Virus record (IMG/VR): IMGVR_UViG_3300020043_002318
Location: 1-25,510 of that record
Reading direction: 5' to 3' (one strand)
Length of the DNA stretch: 25,510 nt
Source: a virus
Lineage: Duplodnaviria; Caudoviricetes
The position numbers were made by a program, and so were the translations under genes. A model generated the notes under the pieces. The model was not told the origin of the DNA and did no database searches. It saw only the letters and a list, made by a program, of their open reading frames with translations. Of the stretch, positions 1 to 9,180 are shown piece after piece. Position 1 is the stretch's first letter; every line of letters begins with the position of its first letter.

Positions 1-321
1 CTCATGGCTCTCTCCTTTGGCTTTGGCGATGGCGGCATCTATCATTGCAATAGCTTTCGGGTCGTCGTGTTGCCATCCGTACTCTTTGCATGTGCACCCA
101 TTTAGTGTGCAGACATCAGACATTGTTGATCTGGTATATTCCAACGCCTCCAGCATGTCAGGGGCGGCGGCGAAAAGCTGAAACATTGCGACCGTTTCGG
201 GGTCGTCATAGAACGATGCAACAAGATTTTGCTTTTCGCTGTTAATATACATTCTACAAGGTTTTTTTTTATCTGTCTCAAAAACAACTTTGTAAATGGC
301 ATACTTTGACTTTGTATTCAT
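1..321 (-). CDS. small phage hypothetical protein (AAAPDMLEAL...AAIAKAKG type), 3' end truncated by window edge
   Basis: Not in the ORF track. ATG at 321 overlaps the upstream stop (ATGA). Reads MNTKSKYAIYKVVFETDKKKPC...FAAAPDMLEALE...IDAAIAKAKGESHE, open to base 1. The motif pair is common in small early phage proteins. Confidence 0.7.
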   Translation of the reverse strand, partial: MNTKSKYAIYKVVFETDKKKPCRMYINSEKQNLVASFYDDPETVAMFQLFAAAPDMLEALEYTRSTMSDVCTLNGCTCKEYGWQHDDPKAIAMIDAAIAKAKGESHE

Positions 322-500
322 TGTGCACCGCTCCGTTTGACGTAGGGGGCTGGGCGTATAATATGTTGCCACGGTTCTCCAGGTTCAACAGTTTCAAACC
401 GACACATTACAGCATCACCTTCGTACATTATCCAAACCCTACCATCTGCATGCACATCCGCTTTTGTCGGCAATCGGTCTGTTATCCATTCTTGAGTCAT
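318..500 (-). CDS. hypothetical protein, DUF551-like N-terminus
   Basis: 60 aa; begins EWITDRLP (W-I-x-x-RLP pattern); ATGA-coupled on both sides. Confidence 0.65.
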   Translation of the reverse strand: MTQEWITDRLPTKADVHADGRVWIMYEGDAVMCRFETVEPGEPWQHIIRPAPYVKRSGAQ

Positions 501-649
501 CGCTTGCTCCCGTTCTTGGCTGCCTTGAGCGCATCGATCTTTGCCTGCAGTAACTTAATAGCCTCTGTGTATGTCTTCGCGTTCTTGACTTCAACGCGCT
601 TGCCGTCAACAAAAGCGTGTATATCGTACACCGTGCGTTCTGTGGACAT
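497..649 (-). CDS. small hypothetical protein (50 aa)
   Basis: Not in the track. GGAGG SD 4 nt before ATG 649; MSTERTVYDIHAFVDGKRVEVKNAKTYTEAIKLLQAKIDALKAAKNGSKR; stop overlaps the next ATG. Confidence 0.7.
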   Translation of the reverse strand: MSTERTVYDIHAFVDGKRVEVKNAKTYTEAIKLLQAKIDALKAAKNGSKR

Positions 650-714
650 GTGTCCTCCGTGTGAATAATGTGGTTGATGAAAATTGCAGTGTAGGATGCT
701 GCACCCCGTGGGAT

Positions 715-927
715 TTAGATTGTTACGACGCTGACATATTTCTGTGTACGTGCGCTGCGATATATCATATGCAATTTGCTACCTTTTGCAGTCTTTGCTG
801 CTCCTGTCCATGCAATCCAGCCGTTCGCCTTCATTTCGCGGGCGCTTGCTGGCCCCACTTCATACTCAGCTACAAGTTCCATTTCGACTTGCTTGCGTCC
901 GACTTGTACTGTGACTGCGTTTTTCAT
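715..927 (-). CDS. hypothetical protein (70 aa), first gene after the early-type promoter
   Basis: Track ORF 715..1020 trimmed to ATG 927 (MKNAVTVQVG...), because the longer start lies upstream of the promoter and next to the terminator. Confidence 0.7.
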   Translation of the reverse strand: MKNAVTVQVGRKQVEMELVAEYEVGPASAREMKANGWIAWTGAAKTAKGSKLHMIYRSARTQKYVSVVTI

Positions 928-968
928 TTCCGTTTCCCGTGTGGTTGTTTGTGGTTGCAATTTACAGT

Positions 969-1001
969 GCAAAAATACACGCCAGATACAATACGTGTCA
1001 A
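969..1001 (-). promoter_or_regulatory. host-sigma promoter TTGACA-N18-TATTTTTGC
   Basis: Perfect TTGACA at 1001-996, 18-nt spacer, then TAnnTTTGC at 977-969 matching the Bacteroidota-type -7 element. AT-rich upstream sequence; lies just after a terminator. Confidence 0.75.
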
Positions 1002-1020
1002 GTACTATTTTCAAAATCAC

Positions 1021-1059
1021 AAAAAAAAATACCCGAACCCCTGTGCACAGAGTTCGGGC
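1021..1059 (-). terminator. intrinsic terminator ending the late/tail operon
   Basis: Minus strand GCCCGAACTCTG-TGCA-CAGGGGTTCGGGT hairpin followed by A and nine T. Confidence 0.85.
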
Positions 1060-1126
1060 GGAGAGTCCCGTCTTTGAGCTTGCCTGGTATTACGAACGTA
1101 ATACTGGTTCAGAGGCTCCGGGAATC

Positions 1127-1249
1127 TTATTTCAGCTTGTCCTTCCAAATCCTGCGTAGGTTTTCCAGTTCTGCCCTGCGTACTGGTGGCATATCCATCT
1201 TGAGCATACGTTCGATCGCCTGCAGGAATACGACTATCTCGTTTTTCAT
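1127..1249 (-). CDS. small hypothetical protein (40 aa)
   Basis: Not in the track. ATGA overlap with the stop of 1246..1785; GGAGG a little upstream; MKNEIVVFLQAIERMLKMDMPPVRRAELENLRRIWKDKLK. Confidence 0.55.
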   Translation of the reverse strand: MKNEIVVFLQAIERMLKMDMPPVRRAELENLRRIWKDKLK

Positions 1250-1785
1250 AGTGCCGTGGCTGCCTCCGTAAATACTCGCAGACGCCCTGCAGCAGTAGCG
1301 GCATAGGTTACAGACGTGCCCGAGTTAGACAACACGACAGCGTAGAATGTCGAAGACGATGACTGCGTCCCAGTGCGGACATACTTGTTTGGATTGATCG
1401 ATGCAATCCAGACCGTGTCACTGAGACGCTTGTAATCTGTGTCAGCAATCGTGAAGATGCCCAGAAGGTTTGTCTTGGCTCCGTTGTAGACAGCCCCTGA
1501 CGTTGGCGTCGTCGGCGCTGTCGTGTTATACAGCAGCACAAGGAGAGGGCACTTTTTGATGTCGCCCGATGTTGCAGCAGTCTCCTCGAACTCTATCTGC
1601 TTGACGATGCAGTGCTGCTCTGTTGTCTGAGCGAGGCCAGACAGCGAGGCCACCGTCGTTGTCAATGGATAGTATTGACTCAAGGCCGTCGTTATCAGTG
1701 CTCCGAGTGAATACCAGCCGTGATCTGTGGACTCGTCGTAAGACAGCACGTTACTCGCTGTCGGTGTGTTAGGTAGGCAGCTCAT
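1246..1785 (-). CDS. hypothetical protein, probable virion/tail-associated
   Basis: 179 aa, Thr/Ser/Ala-rich, beta-type composition; last large gene of the tail operon. Confidence 0.6.
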   Translation of the reverse strand: MSCLPNTPTASNVLSYDESTDHGWYSLGALITTALSQYYPLTTTVASLSGLAQTTEQHCIVKQIEFEETAATSGDIKKCPLLVLLYNTTAPTTPTSGAVYNGAKTNLLGIFTIADTDYKRLSDTVWIASINPNKYVRTGTQSSSSTFYAVVLSNSGTSVTYAATAAGRLRVFTEAATAL

Positions 1786-1788
1786 AGA

Positions 1789-2595
1789 TTATGGTGTTGA
1801 ATGGTCAAATGAATAGTTATTTCCGTTATCTGGTGAGTTCAGGCTGACGTTCTCATAGCAGTTCTCACGATGCGCTGAGATGTAACTATAGAGCGACGTA
1901 GGGAACAGCGACGTCCCTGTGTCCGGTGCTTGTCCCTGTACTGGCTTGAACTTGATCTGCAGGACATCGCCAGCCACCAGCGGTACGTGAATACCACCCT
2001 GCAGCCTGCAGTCTCTGATGTTGTTCTCGCCCATCATGTTATTATCGACCATGTCGATGGTCTTATATTGCGTACCGTTTATGAACACAGCGAGCCGTGT
2101 TTCGATGACTTGCTTCTGCTGTGAAAACCTGATCGCATGAAAAGCATAGACCCACCACGTACCTTCTCCGTCGGTCGGGCACACATACCTCCAGTCAGGA
2201 CTGTTACCATACGAGCCGGTGGCCATCGTGCCCATCGCCTGTAGAATCTCAGTGCTGTAGGGGATAGTGTTCCAGTCGTCCATGTTGTAGTCTATGGCAT
2301 TGCGCATCTCCCACATGAACGACCTCTTGTAATCACCCACAAAGTGCTTCGACCTGTGCTCGCTGTCTGCTATGGCCTTGGTGGTCTGGGCTTGGTTGCT
2401 GTAATAGGTCTGATTTGTGACGAAGTTGTTGACGGTGATTCGATAGTTGATGTCCATGTAATACTGGTAATTGTATACATCACCATCTGGGTCGTCAATA
2501 GCATACGCCTGGCCGAATGGTGAGAGCCTGCGACGCTCAAAGGCCAGCGATCCTGGTGCAACCTTGCGGTTGTTTATCGGGTCGTTTATAGGCAT
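1789..2595 (-). CDS. putative tail tip/receptor-binding protein with C1q/TNF-like C-terminal domain
   Basis: 268 aa; YVCPTDGEGTWWV...VFING...VPLVAGDVLQI resembles the C1q signature (P..G.Y / NG / L..GD.v.v); lies after the tail tip gene. Confidence 0.55.
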   Translation of the reverse strand: MPINDPINNRKVAPGSLAFERRRLSPFGQAYAIDDPDGDVYNYQYYMDINYRITVNNFVTNQTYYSNQAQTTKAIADSEHRSKHFVGDYKRSFMWEMRNAIDYNMDDWNTIPYSTEILQAMGTMATGSYGNSPDWRYVCPTDGEGTWWVYAFHAIRFSQQKQVIETRLAVFINGTQYKTIDMVDNNMMGENNIRDCRLQGGIHVPLVAGDVLQIKFKPVQGQAPDTGTSLFPTSLYSYISAHRENCYENVSLNSPDNGNNYSFDHSTP

Positions 2596-4355
2596 CAGCT
2601 CACCTCGTTCTGTGTTGTTGGTGCAAGCAGAAAATACTTGACTTTCGTCGTGCCTTCAAACCAATTCATAGTGATAGATGTGGGCAGTGCCTGCGACCAG
2701 TTTAGGGCCGTGAAGGTGTCTGCGACGTTATCTGTGAGGGCATGACGTCCGGCAAGACCCTGCGGTCTTACATATTGCGAGGCTGTATAGTTCCACTCCA
2801 TCTCGGCTGTTGCGTTGTTCTCATCTGCGAACACGTGTAAATGCAGCAGGCACAATGCTGCCGTCATGCTTGTCTGTGCCTGCAGTGCTGCCATCTGTAC
2901 CTGGAATGCCGGCTCGTTCGAGAAGTCTGCCTTGAACGCTGTGGGCTCTTCCGAGGCCGTAGACGAGACTTTTACCCATTGGTTAGCCTTTGGGCCATAA
3001 TAGTACTTCGTTGTCTCGTGCACCTTGATAAGGTCGTTCGTGGTGTCAGCGTACAAGATGTGGTTTGTCTGTTTGAGCACGTCACTACGGCCTGAGTTCT
3101 TATGGTAGTCCTTCATCAGGATAACAGGCACGTTGTGAATGATCGGCTCGATGTTCATTGACCGTGACGAACGTGCACCTTTCTTGAGCCTGACTATCTC
3201 TGTGAGATCGTCCTGGTTTGTAGACTCATAACGAACTTCAGCCTTGCCTATATTATCGCCACGCTTGACTATGGAGGGCAGTGCCAGCGCGTTCTCAATT
3301 GACAGTGTGACGTCTGCTGTGTCTGCCGTGTTGGTAGTATCGTCTTTAGAGCCACAAATGCGCTTGGGGAACCACGTTGCAGTGATTCGGTCGACCCCTG
3401 CCGTCGTGCGATATGTGAACTCATAGCTGGCCTTGATGCCCATGGCCTCACATAAGTCACGAAGGATGTCGTACACGGTGACGTCTTTTCGGCCCCATGC
3501 GAAGTTATCCCCCATGGAGTAGATGCCGCCTATCGTCTTACCGTTATATTTTGGCTCAAGGGCATTAGTAAGCAGCACGGCCGTCGTCGATGTTACTGCT
3601 GTTCCTATCTGACGTGGCGTATTGGTCAGGCTGTTGATCTTGTAAAGCTCTAGCGCCGTCGTTAGAAAATCGTCAAGGACCTGCGACCAGTCGAAGATGT
3701 CTGTGGCTGCCGATGTCGTTCGTGCGTAGTTGGTTTTTATGTGGGTGGCCATGCCGGTACGCATGTGACCGACTATGTCGTTGAAGGTGTCTGCCTTGGT
3801 ATCACCTATGGCAGTCTGGAACTGCTGACGTGCAGGGTCGTTCTTCATGCGCACCTGAAACACGTTAGCACTCGGAGGGGTGATAGCGCCGACCTTGCCG
3901 TTGAAGATAGAATATCCGGTCTTGGTCTTCATGGCATGGAACAGCATATCGACAAGCTGGACGCTGTAGGCATAAGAGCCATCGTCTAACGGTTCAAGAT
4001 TGACGGCCTCGACGTTGTCCTCGACACCGGCAAACTCCAGCGAGTACGTAGCACCACCCGTGCCACGGTCTGAGAACAGCATCCAGAGGTTGCACTTGTC
4101 ACCATCGACAGAGGTTTCAATATACGTCTGCATAGCAGTCGGCAGCATATCCCAGGCAAGCTGGAAACGCAGTGTCTGCGGTTTGACCATCCCGTAGGGA
4201 AGGCCGTCGAACTCTGCAACCTGGTCGCCTAACTCCAGCAGGCACACATCACCAAGTGTGGTAATAGTACCACCGAGGTTCGTGTCGTATGGCAGCATCT
4301 CAAGGCGTATGTTCCAGCCGTTGGGCAGCGTTCTCTGTATTCTGTAGTGCGGCAT
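2595..4355 (-). CDS. putative tail tip / baseplate hub protein
   Basis: 586 aa; second gene after the tape measure (Dit-Tal order); TVYDILRDLCEAMG helix typical of hub proteins. Call is from position. Confidence 0.55.
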   Translation of the reverse strand: MPHYRIQRTLPNGWNIRLEMLPYDTNLGGTITTLGDVCLLELGDQVAEFDGLPYGMVKPQTLRFQLAWDMLPTAMQTYIETSVDGDKCNLWMLFSDRGTGGATYSLEFAGVEDNVEAVNLEPLDDGSYAYSVQLVDMLFHAMKTKTGYSIFNGKVGAITPPSANVFQVRMKNDPARQQFQTAIGDTKADTFNDIVGHMRTGMATHIKTNYARTTSAATDIFDWSQVLDDFLTTALELYKINSLTNTPRQIGTAVTSTTAVLLTNALEPKYNGKTIGGIYSMGDNFAWGRKDVTVYDILRDLCEAMGIKASYEFTYRTTAGVDRITATWFPKRICGSKDDTTNTADTADVTLSIENALALPSIVKRGDNIGKAEVRYESTNQDDLTEIVRLKKGARSSRSMNIEPIIHNVPVILMKDYHKNSGRSDVLKQTNHILYADTTNDLIKVHETTKYYYGPKANQWVKVSSTASEEPTAFKADFSNEPAFQVQMAALQAQTSMTAALCLLHLHVFADENNATAEMEWNYTASQYVRPQGLAGRHALTDNVADTFTALNWSQALPTSITMNWFEGTTKVKYFLLAPTTQNEVS

Positions 4356-4867
4356 TATATCAGACTCGATGCTTGACGGAATCGGTGCTTGAGTGTCAAG
4401 GTCAGGCCGCGTGTGCCGTATTCCTTGCGAAGATCAGAACTGAATGAGTCCAAATATACAGGATAGACGTGACCTGATGTGGTCGGGCTTGTCCTTGTTC
4501 CTGCTGTAAATTTTACCCACAGATATTTTTTGTTGTGTATGCCGTCAGAGATGGCAAAGTAATCGTCAAGGTCCACGTCTGTAGTCGATGCATCGAACAG
4601 GAACGGCCAGCACTCGACAGTCCAGATCGTGCGTCGTAGTGCATTGCCTATTGTACCACCACCGATGTCGACGAGTTGTGACGTCTCAAACTCGGCATCT
4701 TCGTAAGGGGCCAGAATAGGACACGAGCCACCTGGGAATGTCGATGTGATGGCACTATAACCCGACAGCGATGTCAGCGAAGATGCTGCCACCGTATCGT
4801 ATGCCGTCGAAGATGTGTCTGCGTTGGCAGCGTAGAGATACATCTGCCATGAGCTGTTACCTGCCAT
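4355..4867 (-). CDS. putative distal tail protein
   Basis: 170 aa directly after the tape measure; positional inference. Confidence 0.5.
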   Translation of the reverse strand: MAGNSSWQMYLYAANADTSSTAYDTVAASSLTSLSGYSAITSTFPGGSCPILAPYEDAEFETSQLVDIGGGTIGNALRRTIWTVECWPFLFDASTTDVDLDDYFAISDGIHNKKYLWVKFTAGTRTSPTTSGHVYPVYLDSFSSDLRKEYGTRGLTLTLKHRFRQASSLI

Positions 4868-4868
4868 G

Positions 4869-7800
4869 TTACCCTCTCAGGCCAGCTACTGCGGCCCTGT
4901 AATTATCACGTCTGAAAAGATAGGTGTCAAGCCCTACGTTGACACCAACATTCATTCTGCCCTGAATACCGTCAGGCATTCTGTCGAGGCGCTGGCGTAT
5001 TGCTGCCAGTTCCTGCCTCATGCCGTACATTTCGTTTTGAATCTCTGGGTTTGCGATGCTTGCGTTCATCGTCAGTGGCAACTTGCCTTGATTCATTTGT
5101 TCCAAGATTCCCCTGAACTTGCTGGTGTTTTCCTTGTTGATGACGAACTCGCCCTTGTGAACCACTCCTGCTGGCTGATACTTGCCACCGTTGCCAGTGT
5201 AACCACCTTCGGCGAAGCCTTGAACGCCTGCACGAGCTGCTGCCACGATGGCCTTGAGTAATGCTGTGAGGGCTGCGGCCTTGATAAGACCGAGCGTTCC
5301 AGCAGATGCCACCGACTCGGCAGATGCCAAAGAGAAACCAGTGATTTGAGCCACTAAGATAGGCACGAGTGCGTCCAAAGTATCGAGTGCGATCAGTAAG
5401 AAAGACTTACCGAACTCACTCTGCTCTGTTATTAGTTGTGCAAATGCAGCACCTGCAACATTTGCAAGCTCGTCGTAGACATCGCCAAAAGACTTTGCTC
5501 CTGCTGCTGCACTTGCCAGTGCGTTGGTGGTCTCTGAAGTTAGTGCTCTGAATGTTTCATTCAGTTGCATCCTCACAGCCTCAAACACCGTCGGAACCTT
5601 CTCAATAGATTCCGAGAGCTTGTCGATGCCGTCCTGATACGACAGCGTTCCTTCTGTTATGCTGTCGACGATCTTGGCTGTGGCCTCCTCACTCGCCTTG
5701 GCAGGCCGTGCGAAGACTTTGTTCCAGTCGATTTTGGTGATGGCCTCGGCTGCGGTCTTGGCTGTGTTTGTTATAGCAGCGCCAAGGTCGAAGCCCTTTT
5801 TCGGTTCCTCTACTTTGACTGGTATGGTAGCACCACCACGGAACTCAGCGAGTAGATTGAGAGCCTGCTGGACTTGCGGAAACCAATACTTGGGATCGCG
5901 CAGCTTGACATCGACCTTGATTTTATCGACCAAGATTTTGTTGTATTCCTGAGTGACCTGGTCGACGTTTTCTTTGTCGGCGTTCAGTCCGACTGTTGTT
6001 GATATTGCGCGGCCTTGTTTGTCAGTTGTTACCTTGAGCAGTCTCTGTGCTTCAGCCAGTACCTTCTCAACATCAGCTTTCTCGAGCTGGCCTGCACGGA
6101 ATTTAAGCGCCTCACCACTAAGACCAGCCTGCTGTTCGAGTGCCAGCGTGGTTTCACGTTCTAATTTTAGCTTCGTTTCAAGGGCCTTAAGTATGTCTTT
6201 TGCTTTTGCAAACTCAGAGTCTTGGGCTTTCTCCGTCTCTTTCTTTGCTTTACCTGTTGCCGTTGCTGTGGTTGTACCAAGGCGAGTGACAGCTTTCTCA
6301 GTTTTGTTGACTTCGTCTGTCACTGCTTTTTGATTTTCTACGGCCTTTCCGGTGGCTTCATTAAATCCTTTGTTATAGGCAGCAGCCACCTTATCACCAA
6401 AACCCGTGAATGCCTTGAGCGCTGCAGTAATATCGAATGAAGCTAGAGCGTTAAAAAATTCACCGATGACGTTCTTGATTTCACGAAACGCCTCGGTAAC
6501 ACCCCCGATTGTGCCCTTGATATTTGCAAAAGCATTGCGCAGAATATCAAGGAATCCAGTACCCCTCTTGGTTTCGTCGTTGCTTTCCTTGCTGACACCT
6601 ATCCATTCGCGAATCTTGGTAATGACCGCAGTAATTACTCCCACTATAGCCTGCAATGGTGTGAGCAGTAACTCAATCACGAACTTGCCCACCATGCTGA
6701 CGACTTCGCCGACGGCAGACAAAACACTTGTCACTGTGCTGAGTGCATCCTTGAACATCTGCACGACGTCAATGGATTGACCCATTGCCCCATCCATGCC
6801 AAAGGCCTGCATGATGGCGTTGATGACAGGCTGCAGTGCATTCTTTATTCCGTCAAATATGCTGTTGATGATGCCGAAGGAAACTTGGAAAGCCGTGGCC
6901 AGCATGTTGATTGCTACGACCAGCGTTCCCATAATGACACCACCGATGGCCATGAGTATTGGCTCGACGATGGCATACATGTTCTGCACGGCTATGCTTA
7001 TCTCGTCGAACGCCTTGCCAACCTGCCCACCAGTCAACTCTGCGAGCATTCCAAAGGCCTTCTCAAAGCCTTGGAAGATGTCGATGGCCACGTTGCCAAG
7101 ATTAGCCTTGACTCGAGACATAAACTCAGAGAAGGTGGCCATGTTCTTTTCGGCCTGAACTGTGGCTTCTGATGTGCCCGTCATGGCCTTGGTAAATTGA
7201 CCAATGGTGTCGACTTGGTCGAGCAGGATGCCAGCAGCAGCAGCGTTCTCAGTGCCGAACAGTGTGGCCTTGAAAGCAGCCTTCTCGGCATCACTGCCGA
7301 GCTTGTCGATGCCGCCACGTAATTCGGTCAGGGCGGCCTGCAGGCCTTGCGTTGTGAGTGTCTTGCCGAGCTGTTCTGCAGATAGTCCAACACCAGCCAG
7401 AGCCTCCGCACCAGGTCCCGATTGCTTGATAAGCAAACCCAGGACATTACGAAGACCCACCCCAGCCTCAGAGCCTACCTTACCACCGACGGCAAGCGCC
7501 TGAATAGCCGCGTTGGTTTCCTCGAAGGATAGGTTTGCACCCTTAGCAGCGACACCAGCCTGGAGGATAGCCTCGGAGACTTGAGGTATTTCAGCAGCGC
7601 CCTCTTTTGCAGAGGCAGCAAGAACGTTGATAAACCGGCCAGATTCTGCGGCCAGTTTTGCAGGGTCAGAGGCGTCCACGCCAAACTGCAGGAGCGCATT
7701 GGATAGGGCATCTACAGAGCCCTTGGCGTCGAGCCCTGCAGCTTTCGCCAGGATATTGACGTTCTCGGAGACGGCATTGAGTGCATCTGGAGTATTGGCC

Positions 7801-8318
7801 AGTGCAGGTCCGAACTTCGACAGAATCGTCTGGAATGATTGCACCTGTGTCGTAGCATCACCACCAAACTTTGCAGCAAGGGCCTGGGCTTTCTCGCCAA
7901 ACTTATCGAGGTCAGCACCAGAGACGCCAGTAATTGCCGAGAGTGCAGCCAGGTTGCTCTGGAACTCCGAGCCCTTGTCAATTACAAACTGGAAACCTTC
8001 GACGATCTTGCCTGCTGCAGCCTCAACACCGGCAACCACACCACCACCGATTATGCCACCGGTGATGCCAGCACCTAGACCAGACAGGGAACTGCCGAGC
8101 CCTTCCTTGAGTTGCGCCCCTACCTCTGCGACTTTTGACTTTGCCTCTGATGCAAATGATGCCAGCGATGCCGAGGCCTGCTTGGTGTCAACATCTGCTT
8201 TGATTGTCAGCGCTTGAGTTATCTGGTCAGCAGAAGTCTTCGAATCACTCGCCGCTTTCTTTAGCGACGTCTGAAACGATGAGGTGTCTAGTTTTAATTC
8301 GTTACTGAATACTGCCAT
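4869..8318 (-). CDS. tail tape measure protein (TP901-type core)
   Basis: 1149 aa, Ala-rich helical; core motifs LSAITG, DALSNALLQFG, FEETNAAIQALA..GKVGSEAGVGLRNVL, LFGTE; amphipathic repeats; C-terminal FAEGGYTG.GGKYQPAGVVHKGEFV. Confidence 0.95.
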   Translation of the reverse strand: MAVFSNELKLDTSSFQTSLKKAASDSKTSADQITQALTIKADVDTKQASASLASFASEAKSKVAEVGAQLKEGLGSSLSGLGAGITGGIIGGGVVAGVEAAAGKIVEGFQFVIDKGSEFQSNLAALSAITGVSGADLDKFGEKAQALAAKFGGDATTQVQSFQTILSKFGPALANTPDALNAVSENVNILAKAAGLDAKGSVDALSNALLQFGVDASDPAKLAAESGRFINVLAASAKEGAAEIPQVSEAILQAGVAAKGANLSFEETNAAIQALAVGGKVGSEAGVGLRNVLGLLIKQSGPGAEALAGVGLSAEQLGKTLTTQGLQAALTELRGGIDKLGSDAEKAAFKATLFGTENAAAAGILLDQVDTIGQFTKAMTGTSEATVQAEKNMATFSEFMSRVKANLGNVAIDIFQGFEKAFGMLAELTGGQVGKAFDEISIAVQNMYAIVEPILMAIGGVIMGTLVVAINMLATAFQVSFGIINSIFDGIKNALQPVINAIMQAFGMDGAMGQSIDVVQMFKDALSTVTSVLSAVGEVVSMVGKFVIELLLTPLQAIVGVITAVITKIREWIGVSKESNDETKRGTGFLDILRNAFANIKGTIGGVTEAFREIKNVIGEFFNALASFDITAALKAFTGFGDKVAAAYNKGFNEATGKAVENQKAVTDEVNKTEKAVTRLGTTTATATGKAKKETEKAQDSEFAKAKDILKALETKLKLERETTLALEQQAGLSGEALKFRAGQLEKADVEKVLAEAQRLLKVTTDKQGRAISTTVGLNADKENVDQVTQEYNKILVDKIKVDVKLRDPKYWFPQVQQALNLLAEFRGGATIPVKVEEPKKGFDLGAAITNTAKTAAEAITKIDWNKVFARPAKASEEATAKIVDSITEGTLSYQDGIDKLSESIEKVPTVFEAVRMQLNETFRALTSETTNALASAAAGAKSFGDVYDELANVAGAAFAQLITEQSEFGKSFLLIALDTLDALVPILVAQITGFSLASAESVASAGTLGLIKAAALTALLKAIVAAARAGVQGFAEGGYTGNGGKYQPAGVVHKGEFVINKENTSKFRGILEQMNQGKLPLTMNASIANPEIQNEMYGMRQELAAIRQRLDRMPDGIQGRMNVGVNVGLDTYLFRRDNYRAAVAGLRG

Positions 8319-8647
8319 TATCGTTTCCCGATTCGGCGTTCGTGTCTGTTCTTACTTATCTGACTTGCTGTCGGCTGGTCCCACGAGGCCGCCCGAACGA
8401 TAGCAACCCGACGCATGAACTCAGACGCACTTAGGGAAACTACAGCTTCGTCAGGGGTAATTTTCCACAACTTGGCCATCTCGACAGCCATGAGAACGTC
8501 ATGCTCCCATGACGGCAGCACGTCCGTGCCTGTGATGCGCTTGGGGTAGGGGTTGCCCTGCTCGTCTACTGGCTTAGCCTTGAGAACTTCGTAGTCTTCA
8601 AAGATTTCGGTGACCTTGGCAACCTCAGAGTTTAGCGACGCCTCGAA
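8318..8647 (-). CDS. tail assembly chaperone C-terminal (gpT-like) segment, probably expressed by +1 frameshift
   Basis: The frame of track ORF 8318..8521 stays open upstream to 8653 and overlaps the last codons of 8625..9161 in the +1 frame at AAC TTT CGA. Confidence 0.75.
   Translation of the reverse strand, partial: FEASLNSEVAKVTEIFEDYEVLKAKPVDEQGNPYPKRITGTDVLPSWEHDVLMAVEMAKLWKITPDEAVVSLSASEFMRRVAIVRAASWDQPTASQISKNRHERRIGKR
8434..8470 (-). promoter_or_regulatory. candidate late promoter upstream of tape measure (DnaA box with 1 mismatch)
   Basis: TTGTGGAAAA (box 8469-8461)-N18-TAGTTTCCC; same geometry as the three perfect sites, but inside coding sequence. Confidence 0.45.
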
Positions 8648-9161
8648 AGTTCTTCACTGCGTTAGTCACCTCCGTCAGGTCTTGAACGTCCCAAAAATCA
8701 TTCACCGAGAGAAGTGCCTTCTGTTCCTCTGTGAGCTGGCTGTCGTCCATGATGATCTTGACTATCTCGATGCAGGCCTCGATGGCTTCATCATTATCGA
8801 GCGGAAACTCGGTGACAGGATTGTTTAGGGCCTCCCAGATATTCGGGAAAGACTCCAGCAGTTCGGACTGGATGCGCTGTGTGACCATAGACTGCAGGTC
8901 GCTGTCGGTGATCTGTGGTATCTCGGCTCGTATTTCTGCGCTGAGCTTTGCCGCGTGCTGGCTGTTAGCACCGCCCGACAGGCTCACGATCTTGGATGCG
9001 TTGGGGGACTCCTGCAGGGCTTTCTGGAAAGCCGCGTTCTGGCCTAGGCCTCGGAGCGTTGCGATAGGCTTCTCAACGGCCTTGATGATCTTACGTGAAA
9101 CGATAGACTTGAGAGCCACGTCCTTGGGCTCGCCTGCGAAATATAGTTTGATCGACGGCAT
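8625..9161 (-). CDS. tail assembly chaperone (gpG-like)
   Basis: 178 aa, helical with an acidic C-terminal half; lies between tail tube and tape measure; ends with an overlap into the second frame. Confidence 0.8.
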   Translation of the reverse strand: MPSIKLYFAGEPKDVALKSIVSRKIIKAVEKPIATLRGLGQNAAFQKALQESPNASKIVSLSGGANSQHAAKLSAEIRAEIPQITDSDLQSMVTQRIQSELLESFPNIWEALNNPVTEFPLDNDEAIEACIEIVKIIMDDSQLTEEQKALLSVNDFWDVQDLTEVTNAVKNFRGVAKL

Positions 9162-9180
9162 GTCAGACCTTTACGAAATA

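Noticed and set aside
102-302. Track ORF of 66 aa, and the A9 run at 262-270 as a slippage site
   Set aside because: Out of frame with the motif-bearing ORF starting at 321; A9 simply encodes KKK in frame, and no stimulatory element was seen.
1017-1304. Track ORF of 95 aa on the minus strand
   Set aside because: Runs through the terminator and overlaps 1246..1785; the coupled 40-aa ORF 1127..1249 is a better explanation.
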